This document shows, in pieces, positions 1 through 10,344 of a stretch of DNA of 64,000 nucleotides (position 1 is its first letter; each line of letters begins with the position of its first letter). Both the position numbers and the translations under genes were made by a program. A model generated the notes under the pieces. It searched no databases. It worked only from the letters and a program-made list of their open reading frames with translations, and had not been told where the DNA came from. Source of the DNA: Savitreella phatthalungensis (lineage: Eukaryota); contig AP039692.1 in NCBI GenBank assembly GCA_051599415.1, positions 372,001 through 436,000 on the forward strand. The letters run 5' to 3'.

Positions 1-562
1 GCTCGCGCTGGTTGCGGGCGTAGGCGGCAGCACGACGACGGCTCTTGTTGCGCTTGAAGAGGAGAATCGCGCCACCGATGAGGAATCCGAGTAGGACGAC
101 TGCGCCGATTGCAAGTCCCGCAACGGCACTGCTGGGCAGTGGAGCACTAGACTTTGAGGCCTTGTTGGCGAGCGCTGCTGCAGTAGCGCTTGCGTGAGCA
201 GAGGACGCGGATGATTGGACGGTGTTGATCGAGGCGGTGGTGGTGTAGATTGAAGGCATGGCCGAAGTGGTCGGGGTGGCAGAGCTTGTGGGTGACGGCT
301 GGGTCGAGCTCGCGAGGGAAGAGGAAGGGAGCGGAAATGACCAGATGAGGGGAGGAGTAGAGGACGATAAGGCGGCTGCGGAGGTGGAGAAACTGCGAAG
401 GGCAGTGGTCATCGTGTTGAGGTCGAGGGTAGCGGTGGTGCTGGGGAGGATTAGCGCCGCGGTTGTTGTTGGGAGGGCGAGAGGGTTGACGGTCTGACCT
501 CCGGCTGCGAGGAAGGACGAAAGCGCCTCTCCAGAGAGCGTGATTGTGGTTGTGGTGACCAT
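1..562 (-). CDS. Ser/Thr-rich single-pass membrane protein (Mid2/Wsc-like architecture), 3' end outside window
   Basis: Manual translation from the ATG at 562 gives MVTTTTITLSG...(S/T-rich)...SSAVAGLAIGAVVLLGFLIGGAILLF-KRNKSRRR, a TM helix followed by a basic stop-transfer. The frame is open to the window edge, so it is absent from the ORF track. Confidence 0.75.
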   Translation of the reverse strand, partial: MVTTTTITLSGEALSSFLAAGGQTVNPLALPTTTAALILPSTTATLDLNTMTTALRSFSTSAAALSSSTPPLIWSFPLPSSSLASSTQPSPTSSATPTTSAMPSIYTTTASINTVQSSASSAHASATAAALANKASKSSAPLPSSAVAGLAIGAVVLLGFLIGGAILLFKRNKSRRRAAAYARNQRE

Positions 563-990
563 GGTGTTCTGGTGAGGTGATCGATAGGGAAGTTGCTGGA
601 GGAAGAGAAGGGTTGTCGGTGATTAACTATGAAGAGAGTGTAGGGCGTCAGGAGGCTCCTTAGAGAGTGAGAACCTCGAGACTTGTAGGCTTTTGAAAGC
701 TTTTCTGTTCTTGTCGAGTTGGTCGACTTTTTAGAGAAGCAGAGATTGACTGGCGGTGTAGGTATAGACGAGCGTTGATTCTTCAGTTTTGAACAAACCG
801 ATTGAGCATGTCGTGGGGGATGTGTCTGCGCGAGTGAGTGTGTGAGAGAGTGTGTGTTGGTGTGTGATGCGACGAGGATAGGTCGTAGGTCTGTGTTGGT
901 GTGTCTGTGTTGGTGTGTGTCGGTCGGCGTCGTGTTCGGTGTTCGGGTTGAGAGAGCGTGTGGATGAGTGAGAGTATGATTGAGAGAGTG

Positions 991-1015
991 TGAGTGAGTG
1001 AGTGAGTGAGTGAGT
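991..1015. repeat. (TGAG)6 microsatellite within a TG/AG-rich low-complexity tract (~830-1020)
   Basis: tgagtgagtgagtgagtgagtgagt seen directly. Confidence 0.9.
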
Positions 1016-3031
1016 CTGTAGTGCGGGTGTTGGATGGATAGGTTGAAGATGACTGTGCTGTATAAGGAAGATACCGATTGACTGCTGGATACACAGTCAA
1101 TTGCTCGGGCCAACCTGAAGACAGGCAAGACAGTCAGTCATACACACAGTAAGACAGACAGCCAGTATTATCAGTATCCTCACTCACTTACTGACTCACT
1201 CACTTCACTGGCTCACTCACTCTGTGGCTGCTCCAGTCTAACTAACTCACTCTCGCTTTGACTTTGACCTTTGGCTCTGACTTTTGACTCCAATTAAATT
1301 GAGTAGATCATTAGAACCTGACTCAGATCCAATTTCTTCTGTTTGCAGTGCAGCTATGAATCTTCTGGGTGTATATCTACTTCTCGTCAGACACTTGTTT
1401 CGTAGACTGCTTTTTCTTCCATCCTGAGGCAGGTGTGAATCGGGCTGAGTGAGTCGAGCGAATGAGTCTATTCAATTTAGGTTTACTTTTTGTTTGTGGA
1501 GTAGAAAACATTCCTGCCGTGCATATCGACTAAATTTGACATTTGATCTACACCGGATCTATAGCTATAGAGAGCTCTTTGGATTCTCTTGTTTTTTCCC
1601 TTTCTTCCGCACGCGTTCGGGGGAATTTGAAAGGAGGTTTCTCTGGCATGCATGTGCTTCCCGATTCATCAATTCTTCTCATTCTGATCTCATAGGAGTC
1701 AAAATTCAAGTTCTAAAATTTGATTCGTCATCGACCTGGATCAGATTGACGTCAATTGTAGAATCCATCCTCAAAAACAGCAAGATCGATTTTCATCTAT
1801 ATTCTCCTTCTACAGATATGAAGACCCAAAATATACCACCTCTCGAAGGTTCAGATCAGATCCAAAACACGGATCTCTGTGAGTGAATCTCCAATAGAAG
1901 ATGATCAATTGAAATTTCCTGGATCCGAGGAATTTCAGGGGCGACAATGGATAATCCAAAATCAGAAGGTCATTTCGGAAAAGTGTCTCTTGAATCTGAC
2001 ACAGATTTATGCACCATGTAAGCATGAGGGTAGATGACATCGATTCACTGACTGGGTGGGTCATTCATTATCGATCATGGGCCATGCATCTATCCAGCTT
2101 ATAATCTATACCTGATTCAATTAGATTAATAGTTTACACACATCCTAGACAATTCTGCCGACCATCCATGCATGCATGCACACGTTCGATCGTCTATGCG
2201 TCAACCTGATTCTGCAGAGGCCCATCATCCCATCATCTGCATGCCTAATTGCAAGACCATAACCGTCACCATCATCATTATCATCATCAATTCTGCAGTG
2301 TAAACAGCGGATCACTGACATGCCGATCCGCATCGATACGACAACTCCTTAATCATCCGCTTACTCCATATCTCCACACATTGCTTGGGTACCAGGATCC
2401 ACCAACTCGGTAGCGAGAGCTGGTTTCCCCGTGATATCCATTGCGCTTCTTGCACTTCCGCCGTGTGAGATGAGTTGTCCGGCATAGCCGTGCCGTGTCT
2501 AGATGCACATGCAGATTCCTCTGACGAATCGGATAAGAGGTTATCATCTCTCGTGTTATGGTACTTCCAAATGGCCAACACATGTGGGTGGGGCGGATGC
2601 CTATGCTATGGTCTCCACAGCCTGTACCAACCTCTACACTGATCACCGCCTGCACGCTGTCCTGGTGTCTATGCATGTAGATGTGGGTGCGGACGAGATG
2701 GCACAGGTGTGTAGATAGCTGCTACCGCAGACAATGCATGATTCGGAATACCTCACACCGTGATTTGGAGGGGATATTGTCTTACCTGCGTCTCTTGATC
2801 GTCACTCGCTCATCGGAGGAATCACCTAATCGAAATGAGGTCATGTGTGTCCCTGCATTGACGCCCGGTCATTCTTCACGCACGCTGAGGAGATGCATCT
2901 TAGGGCATCGAGTTGACGTAGTGTGATCGAGAGAGTTGGCTTGAAGCGATTTGGCATCAGAGATATATCATTAAGAGCGTACGTACGACTGCTGAGGAGA
3001 GGTTGAATCCGAAGGGTCGTTGACACCCACG

Positions 3032-4345
3032 CTAGACTGGATTAGGATGCGCGTACGAGCGCGACTCCGAGTGTGTTGGGTTGGTCACAAAGCTGCTCGG
3101 TGGTTCTCGTCCTGATCGGTCGTGCTGCGATTGCGCATCTGGACTCGGACCGTGGCCGTGCCCTGCGGGAGAGTAAGCAGGGTAGTGGTGGTCAGGTGGA
3201 GGTTGACCGCGGTAGCGACTACGCCACTGCGACCAGTCCTCGGCCTGGTGGAGTGTGCGCGACACGATCCCTGTGATGTTGTGGAGCATATCGATCGATT
3301 CTTGTGCCAAGGACGACACACGTCGGCCTTCCTCAACATCGCGCTGCTGCTTGACGTCATTAGGGCCATCGGCACGTGGCTGACCGGCTTGCTGCTGTTG
3401 TTGTTGCTTGCTCGCCCAGCGCGAAGGAAGCCCAAGAACGTATGAGCGCACATGGGCACGAGCTGGTTCTGGCAGTGCATTGCCGGCGTACGTCGACACA
3501 ATATCAACTACCTTACGCAGCGTACCAATGATCTCCCTCTTGATCCCAGTCACATACTGCCCAGATTGTTGTTGCTGCTCGTACTCGCCACTGCTAGTAG
3601 GGAGGGGCACATGGCACTCACGTGCGCGGAGATGCTCGCATAGTGTATGCAGCAGACCCTGCAGATGGGACCCCGCCCACTGGAGCCATGAGACACAATA
3701 GTGAAGGGACCGCATCGAGTCATCTGACCATGACAGCGTGTACCCAGAAGCACCGGTAAGCATGTTCTGCCAACGAGCGCCAGTAAAGCTCGGCTGCGGG
3801 AGCTGTTTGCCGCTTCCGGTCGTCTCGTTCGACATTGTTTTCGTGAGTTGAGCAGCCTCTAGGTCCATTTCGCCCCCAGACATGCTGCGTCGGCCTTCAA
3901 TCCGATCGAGTTGCCGACATGCAAAGTTGTCGAGCGGTTCGAGCTTCCGAACAACAGGTTTAGCAACGCTCTCAAAGACATCTGCCCCATACTTGAACCC
4001 TTTGTTGCTGCTTTTGCCAGATTCATATGCCTTGACAGCCGAGCTGACCAGTGGGTAGTGGGCCACCCGTTCCAGGAATGCAGGAGATTGATGCTCCGAC
4101 GGCCCGCGATGATGTCCATGCACAGATGTGTCGCCAGCACGTAGACCTTCAAGCGCTTCAACCGCAAGTCTGACGTCCGGCTCAAGCGTTGCAGAGCTGT
4201 CGACAGATGTCATTGAGGTCGACATGGCTGGATTCGAGAAGCAGTCATCTTCGACTGCCACTGATGGGGTAGAAAAGCCTGATGGTACAGGACTTCTCAT
4301 GCTGCCTCTGCGCGGCGTATCGCTGCACAGAGAGGCGATGTCCAT
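3032..4345 (-). CDS. OPI1: Opi1-family transcriptional repressor (phospholipid synthesis regulator)
   Basis: 437-aa ORF with Opi1-family blocks DVRLAVEALEGL, YPLVSSAVKAYE, LDNFACRQLDRIE, SLHYCVSWLQWA, KREIIGTLRKVVDIVSTYAGNALPEPARAHVRSYVLGLPSRW, plus polyQ tracts. Confidence 0.85.
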   Translation of the reverse strand: MDIASLCSDTPRRGSMRSPVPSGFSTPSVAVEDDCFSNPAMSTSMTSVDSSATLEPDVRLAVEALEGLRAGDTSVHGHHRGPSEHQSPAFLERVAHYPLVSSAVKAYESGKSSNKGFKYGADVFESVAKPVVRKLEPLDNFACRQLDRIEGRRSMSGGEMDLEAAQLTKTMSNETTGSGKQLPQPSFTGARWQNMLTGASGYTLSWSDDSMRSLHYCVSWLQWAGSHLQGLLHTLCEHLRARECHVPLPTSSGEYEQQQQSGQYVTGIKREIIGTLRKVVDIVSTYAGNALPEPARAHVRSYVLGLPSRWASKQQQQQQAGQPRADGPNDVKQQRDVEEGRRVSSLAQESIDMLHNITGIVSRTLHQAEDWSQWRSRYRGQPPPDHHYPAYSPAGHGHGPSPDAQSQHDRSGREPPSSFVTNPTHSESRSYAHPNPV

Positions 4346-6075
4346 CTTGGAACGCTATTGGAATCGCCTGGCCAGCGTAAGTGAAGATGTCGCTCCTGCA
4401 GAATGGCTCTGTTTCAGACGCGCGTCGGCAAAGTCTGCAGTCGAGCTAATGTTCCCGCTGTAGGGGAACGCGTAGTCAGAAGCTTCTCGCGCCAGTCAAG
4501 TGGCTGGATATACCTTGACCCAGCTGCTTGTCCAGAGAGGACAGGGAATATGACGCCTGCCTGTAAGCGCCTGAGTAGGAGGCTGTTTGCTGATGCGTTT
4601 GAGAAGTACCACCACCTTGTCTGGTCCACTGGCTGAGCGTTCGAGATTCCCGAAATACTCTTGCTTGCTCGGACGCACCAACGCACACCAAAGCACTGAC
4701 GCACGGACTCCTGAGATGTTGGTTGAAGTGAGTCTAGCGTAGACTTGCAATGGCGATATGTGTAGAGAGAGATTGCGAGTAGTTGGTTTTCTTCTGTTCC
4801 CAGATTCGGGGAACTAAGGGAACGATGGAATCCAGAGAAGAAGGAAAGGATATTCCAGCTGAGATCGAATCAAAAATCAAAAGACGGATCGAATGTGATC
4901 AAGTGAGAATGAAGCGCTAGTAAGCTTCAGTAAGCTTCAGTAGGAGCACGACTGCAAGAAAACTAGCAATTCAGAGGCAGTGGAATCGTGAAAAGTGGAT
5001 ACCTAGGATTTTTGCATGTGCTCGAGTCAATTTGACCTAATACAGATATGGAACGTTCAGAATCGTTCAATTCTATACTCTTCCTCTCCCAGGCTCTGTG
5101 GTCTATCGTTGGGCAAGAAAGTGAAATGCAGGAAAAGATACGAGCAGTCAGAAGCCGCAATTCAGCATTCGCTAGTCAGCAGTCTGGGGTTAGGTTGTGA
5201 GGAATCAGTAGTCAATTGAAATCCTTGGAACTGGATCTATTCTAGGCTGACTCCTAGGCTTAGCACTCCCAGAGAGATATAGTCTAGCATCGGAATCATC
5301 CTTCTCCTAGTTAAGGCTAAGATCCGATTCGTCAGATTTCAATCATCGGCATTATTCAGACCTAAATCAGACGGCAACACGGCATACGAGATGTCTGCGT
5401 TCACATGACATTATGCAAAGACCCAACTACACGCACACGCGAGTGTATACAATCACCTGAGACCGGATCTCCATTCTGCCTCCAAAACGTCAAGCCCTGG
5501 AACAAATGAAGATGCAAGTGAGTATAGGCGTCTTGCACAGATAGTGTGGATTAGCTTTTGCTGCTGTAGATTGTATTGATACCACGTCAGTAGAGGATTT
5601 GAGCGAGAGACGAAATGAACGAGAAAACTGCGTCATGAGCTCAGGCGAGCTGAACATGTGATCGACACTGTACAATCAGTCTTCTGACCACATGGCTGGA
5701 TTTGGTTTGACCTGGCTTGGCCACCACCAGTCTCGCCGGGTCCCGGTGAGGTGAGGCTCACTGGAATCAGATCCACGGGGCGGTGGACAAACCCAACCAT
5801 TCGAAGGTCAAAACCAAAAAGGGCTTCTAAATCTCAATAGATTCACGCGGATCAGAAGCATGATTATATACTGAATTAATTGCTTGATATAGTACTTATA
5901 CATCCATATAGATGTGTGTCTATATGCATGATCACGAACAATATCTCCTGCATATATGAAAGCGATGCACAATACTTGACAGTCAGGATTTGTGTAATGC
6001 TTAGGCACACATTCCTCAGGCTCCATCATTTCTCGTGATTACAGCCTTCACGATCTCAGGACTCCGTTCTGCCAG

Positions 6076-7389
6076 ATGACCGGAGGCACCAATGGCACAA
6101 CCACGCAAACGTTAGAGTCGACGCCCACGACAGCTTCAACGACTGGTATAAGTGCTGGCACGCAGACTTCAGTGAGCGAGCTGATCGGCGATGTTCAGGT
6201 ACGCAGACGTCCTGCTGGCGGCTTCGGCGTATACAAGGAGCTGATCGAAGACGGAGATCTTGTGATCGTTTATGCTACACGCAGCTCAATCTCACCACTC
6301 CACGTCGAGCGCGGCAAGGCTTACCACAGCCGTTATGGTCACTATCCGCATGAGACGATGATCGGTCGTCCATACGGCTCTCAGCTCAAGTCAAAATCGC
6401 GCGATGGCGGCTTTGTGTACCTGCTCCATCCTACGCCTGAGCTGTGGACCCTTGCTCTTTCACATCGCACACAGATTCTATACGCGCATGACATGGCGTT
6501 CATCATGGGCAAGCTCAACGTCAGACCTGGCTGCCGAGTGATCGAGGCCGGTACAGGCAGTGGCAGCTTCACACACACCCTTGCTCGGACGATTGGAAAT
6601 TACGGTCGATTGTTCTCCTTCGAGTTTCACGAGCGACGGTACGAATCCGCACGAGAGGAATTCATTGACCACAGTCTGTGCACGGTCGACGAAGACGGTG
6701 CTTACACAGATACATCACCGGTCATTCTCACCCACCGGGATGTCTGCAAGAATGGATTTTCGATCTCCGACAGGGCGCCGCTCGCTGTCGACGCCGTCTT
6801 CCTTGATCTGCCTGCGCCGTGGGACGCAATAGAACATCTGACAGTGCACACCTCGACGACTACACGAATCTGCTGCTTCTCTCCATGCATTGAACAGGTA
6901 CAGAAGACTGTGCTGTCGCTCAAAGAGCACGGATGGACTGGTATCGACTGCTTCGAAGTGAGCATGCGTGAATGGGAAGCTCGGAAAGGTCTGCAGCGGA
7001 ACCTTGGGGAAGCGGTCGACAGACTTCGACAACTGAAAAGAAAGCGTGCGGATAGAGAAGCTTCAGACCTGAGAGCTGCCGGTGAGACGGACGAGAAGCT
7101 CATGCCTGTCGTCATGACTCCACCGCCAGCCAACAAGATTCCGCCGCGACCGGAAGGTGGCAAGGTCAAAGAAGGACTCGATGGTCACGAGTGGCTCAAC
7201 ATTGCTAGACCGCAGTCTCAGGTACAGAGTCACACTTCGTTCCTCTTATTCGCGACGCTGCTCAAGCGTGGGATTCAGCTCACGTCTCCTGCCGACGAAG
7301 AGCGCACCGCAGCATCAAACGAAGATCCAACGGTCGGACAGGATGCGGACTCTTCGCGACCAACTACCGGAGACTCGAATACTTTGTAA
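6076..7389 (+). CDS. TRM61: tRNA (adenine-58-N1)-methyltransferase catalytic subunit
   Basis: LLHPTPELWTLALSHRTQILY, SAM motif VIEAGTGSGS, FEFHERR, VFLDLPAPW, CCFSPCIEQV, HTSFLLFA. Confidence 0.95.
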   Translation: MTGGTNGTTTQTLESTPTTASTTGISAGTQTSVSELIGDVQVRRRPAGGFGVYKELIEDGDLVIVYATRSSISPLHVERGKAYHSRYGHYPHETMIGRPYGSQLKSKSRDGGFVYLLHPTPELWTLALSHRTQILYAHDMAFIMGKLNVRPGCRVIEAGTGSGSFTHTLARTIGNYGRLFSFEFHERRYESAREEFIDHSLCTVDEDGAYTDTSPVILTHRDVCKNGFSISDRAPLAVDAVFLDLPAPWDAIEHLTVHTSTTTRICCFSPCIEQVQKTVLSLKEHGWTGIDCFEVSMREWEARKGLQRNLGEAVDRLRQLKRKRADREASDLRAAGETDEKLMPVVMTPPPANKIPPRPEGGKVKEGLDGHEWLNIARPQSQVQSHTSFLLFATLLKRGIQLTSPADEERTAASNEDPTVGQDADSSRPTTGDSNTL

Positions 7390-7979
7390 GTTACGTCTAG
7401 TCATCTGAGATAGATATCACAACTATGTAAGATCAACGTGGATTTGACAGGCAATTCAATCTTGCAAGGGTTGTATACGCTCTATGGATGTGCACGTACG
7501 CTATATAAGGATGTGCATATTGAGGATTCGCCTCGAACACGGGCGCTTACTTTGACTCTGACTTTTTGACTCTATACTGCATGTCTTTGGAAGTACTTGA
7601 CTTGACTTGACTTGAATGATGGCCTGTGTGTTAAAAAGTACTGTGAAGCCCGTTCGAGGTAAACTCGTTTACTCAGCCCCCCGGGTTTTCGGCTTTTGGA
7701 TTTTTTACGTGGATATTTTGAGTTTTACTTGACTCAGATTGACCTCGGACAGATCGCCATTCTTGCGTAACGTGCTTGCTTCAGCATCATGGTTAAAGCA
7801 GCAAATTGAATAGCTCTTACCCTCGTACGTGCATTCACACATACATAGTCAGACCTGCGTGTGGTCAAGAAGCACCTTGACAGAGGTCGTATCTCACCTG
7901 AGTCGCGTTGCAAGCCGAACGACCTTCTTACTCAAGTCTCGCAGGGACACACCTGTTCACAAGATCTGTCTTTTTCGAG

Positions 7980-9650
7980 ATGACAGATACCCCAATGCGG
8001 GATGCTCAGATGGCAGGAAGGACATCACCAATGACGCAGGCACAAACGCAGACACAGCCGCCGACCGTCATTCCAACAGTCGATTTCACACAGGTAGAGT
8101 ACGAGGGGAAGACATACAATACCCGAGAGCGAGTCGTCGCAGAGGTGGTTGCGCCAGCGACAACTCTGCCGACGGACGAAGAACTCTTCCAGACACACAA
8201 CGGCGTGCGTAAGCCAAACATCACGTTCCTGCGCGAGCATTTCAAACGCGAAGGTCGGTTGAAGGAGGAGCAGGCATTGTGGATTCTGCAGGAGGGCACA
8301 GCGCTGTTGCGGAAAGAGGCCAACTTGCTCGAGGTTGATGCGCCAGTCACAGTCTGTGGTGATATCCACGGTCAATTCTTCGATTTGCTGAAGCTGTTCG
8401 AAGTCGGTGGCGATCCGGCTGATACGCGATACCTATTCCTGGGCGACTACGTCGATCGCGGCTACTTCTCTATCGAATGCGTGCTCTTTCTGTGGTCGCT
8501 CAAGCTGTGGTATCCAAACACGCTGTGGCTTCTGCGCGGCAACCATGAGTGTCGTCATCTCACAGACTACTTCACGTTCAAACTTGAGTGCAAGCACAAG
8601 TACTCCGAAAAGGTGTACGACGCATGCGCGACATCCTTCTGTGCGCTTCCGCTCGCCGCGCTCATGAACAAGCAGTTCCTTTGTATTCACGGTGGGCTCT
8701 CGCCAGAACTACGAACGCTCAACGACTTGCGCCGACTCGATAGGTTCAAGGAACCACCCACGCACGGATTGATGTGTGACTTGTTGTGGTCAGACCCGAT
8801 GGAAGACTTTGGCACCGAGAAGAACGATTCCTTCTTTGTTCATAACCACGTTCGCGGGTGTTCATACTTCTTCAGCTACCACGCTGCCTGCGAGTTCCTC
8901 GAACGCAATAATCTCCTTTCCGTCATTCGCGCTCACGAAGCGCAGGACCAGGGTTTCCGCATGTACCGCAAAACCAAGTCGACCGGTTTCCCATCAGTCA
9001 TGACCATCTTCTCAGCCCCAAACTACCTCGGTCTTTACAACAACAAGGCTGCCGTCCTGCGATACGAGAACAACGTGATGAACATTCGGCAATTCCACTG
9101 CTCCCCTCACCCCTACTGGCTGCCGAACTTCATGGACGTTTTCACGTGGTCGTTGCCGTTTGTCGGTGAGAAGGTGACGGACATGTTGCTCGCGATGTTG
9201 AGCATCTGTTCGAAGGAGGAACTCGAGGAGGAGAGACCGTCCATTGCATCGGGCTCAACAATCACCCCACTTGTTTCGCCTGGACTGCCGCTAGACCCGG
9301 AGCAGGAGAAGCGCAGACAGGTGATCCGAAACAAGATTCTGGCAATCGGACGGATGTCGCGCGTCTTCCAGGTCTTGAGAGAGGAGTCCGAAAGCGTGAC
9401 AGAACTCAAGACTGTATCTGGATCGCCACGACTACCTCCAGGTACCCTTATGCTCGGTGCAGAGGGGATCAAATCTGCAATCCACTCGTTCGAGGACGCT
9501 CGTAAGCTAGACCTCAAGAACGAGCGTCTGCCTCCACGCAGAGACGAACTCGATCGTCTCGAACACACAGCACATCAGCAGGCTCTATCGACTGCAATGA
9601 ACGACAGTGATCCCAATATTGAGCGTCTGGCAAAAGAAGTAAGTCGCTGA
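7980..9650 (+). CDS. CNA1: Calcineurin catalytic subunit A (PP2B)
   Basis: GDIHGQ, GDYVDRG, RGNHE phosphatase motifs; CnB-binding [19 protein letters not shown]; CaM-binding [18 protein letters not shown]; autoinhibitory [17 protein letters not shown]. First in-frame ATG is at 7980. Confidence 0.97.
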   Translation: MTDTPMRDAQMAGRTSPMTQAQTQTQPPTVIPTVDFTQVEYEGKTYNTRERVVAEVVAPATTLPTDEELFQTHNGVRKPNITFLREHFKREGRLKEEQALWILQEGTALLRKEANLLEVDAPVTVCGDIHGQFFDLLKLFEVGGDPADTRYLFLGDYVDRGYFSIECVLFLWSLKLWYPNTLWLLRGNHECRHLTDYFTFKLECKHKYSEKVYDACATSFCALPLAALMNKQFLCIHGGLSPELRTLNDLRRLDRFKEPPTHGLMCDLLWSDPMEDFGTEKNDSFFVHNHVRGCSYFFSYHAACEFLERNNLLSVIRAHEAQDQGFRMYRKTKSTGFPSVMTIFSAPNYLGLYNNKAAVLRYENNVMNIRQFHCSPHPYWLPNFMDVFTWSLPFVGEKVTDMLLAMLSICSKEELEEERPSIASGSTITPLVSPGLPLDPEQEKRRQVIRNKILAIGRMSRVFQVLREESESVTELKTVSGSPRLPPGTLMLGAEGIKSAIHSFEDARKLDLKNERLPPRRDELDRLEHTAHQQALSTAMNDSDPNIERLAKEVSR

Positions 9651-10047
9651 ATACCAGGGAGGTGATGATGATGGCAATTGTTCGACACCTTCTACGAGCT
9701 ATAATGACATGTATGACACTTTCAAACATTCATCCACTAAGCATTGCCCTTGACTGTACTCAAAAGGCCAACGACCTATTCTTGTAGGGAGATTAGCAGT
9801 CTTAATAGCCAGTGATCAGGGTGGTGATTGATTACTTTGACACAGAGTTTTTGTGCCTCATGTTTGATCAGTGAAATCGATCATCCCAACAATTCTACCT
9901 TCTCCAGCTACAGATTCTACAGATTCCACCGATATTTGACTTCTGAAGACTCAAATGCCCTCATTCAAACATAGACACGGTCCAGAGTCAGTCAATCAGT
10001 CATCCATCCATAGAAAGTCACAGATAGACTTTAGACTTGCTCATTGC

Positions 10048-10086
10048 CACAGCACAGCACAGCACAGCACAGCACAGCACAGCACA
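10048..10086. repeat. (CACAG)7+ pentanucleotide microsatellite
   Basis: Seen directly, upstream of the RRM gene. Confidence 0.9.
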
Positions 10087-10344
10087 CGATCCATATCATC
10101 ACTGGTCATCTCACGGCTCAAGAGGATTCCATACTTCACGAGTCTACCTTGACGTGGTATCAAGTGACTGTTTTCTGGGTTGAAGCACTTCTGACATCAG
10201 TCTCATTTTTACTGGCCACGCGCTTCGATCATAAGCAACCTTTAGCGAGATTCACCTACTCACATTCGAAACACGAATAGACACCCACATTCGTTAACGG
10301 CATCGATTTGAGCTCAGCTACAGACACAAGAGTAGGTCAAAGCG

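Noticed and set aside
451..1128. 225-aa and 105-aa ORFs rich in H/T/S/L
   Set aside because: Translation of microsatellite-like DNA with non-ATG starts; the real gene starts at 562 in another frame
9640..9700. GTAAGT donor-like site just before the calcineurin stop
   Set aside because: No nearby branch point or acceptor, and the unspliced end is a plausible fungal CnA C-terminus
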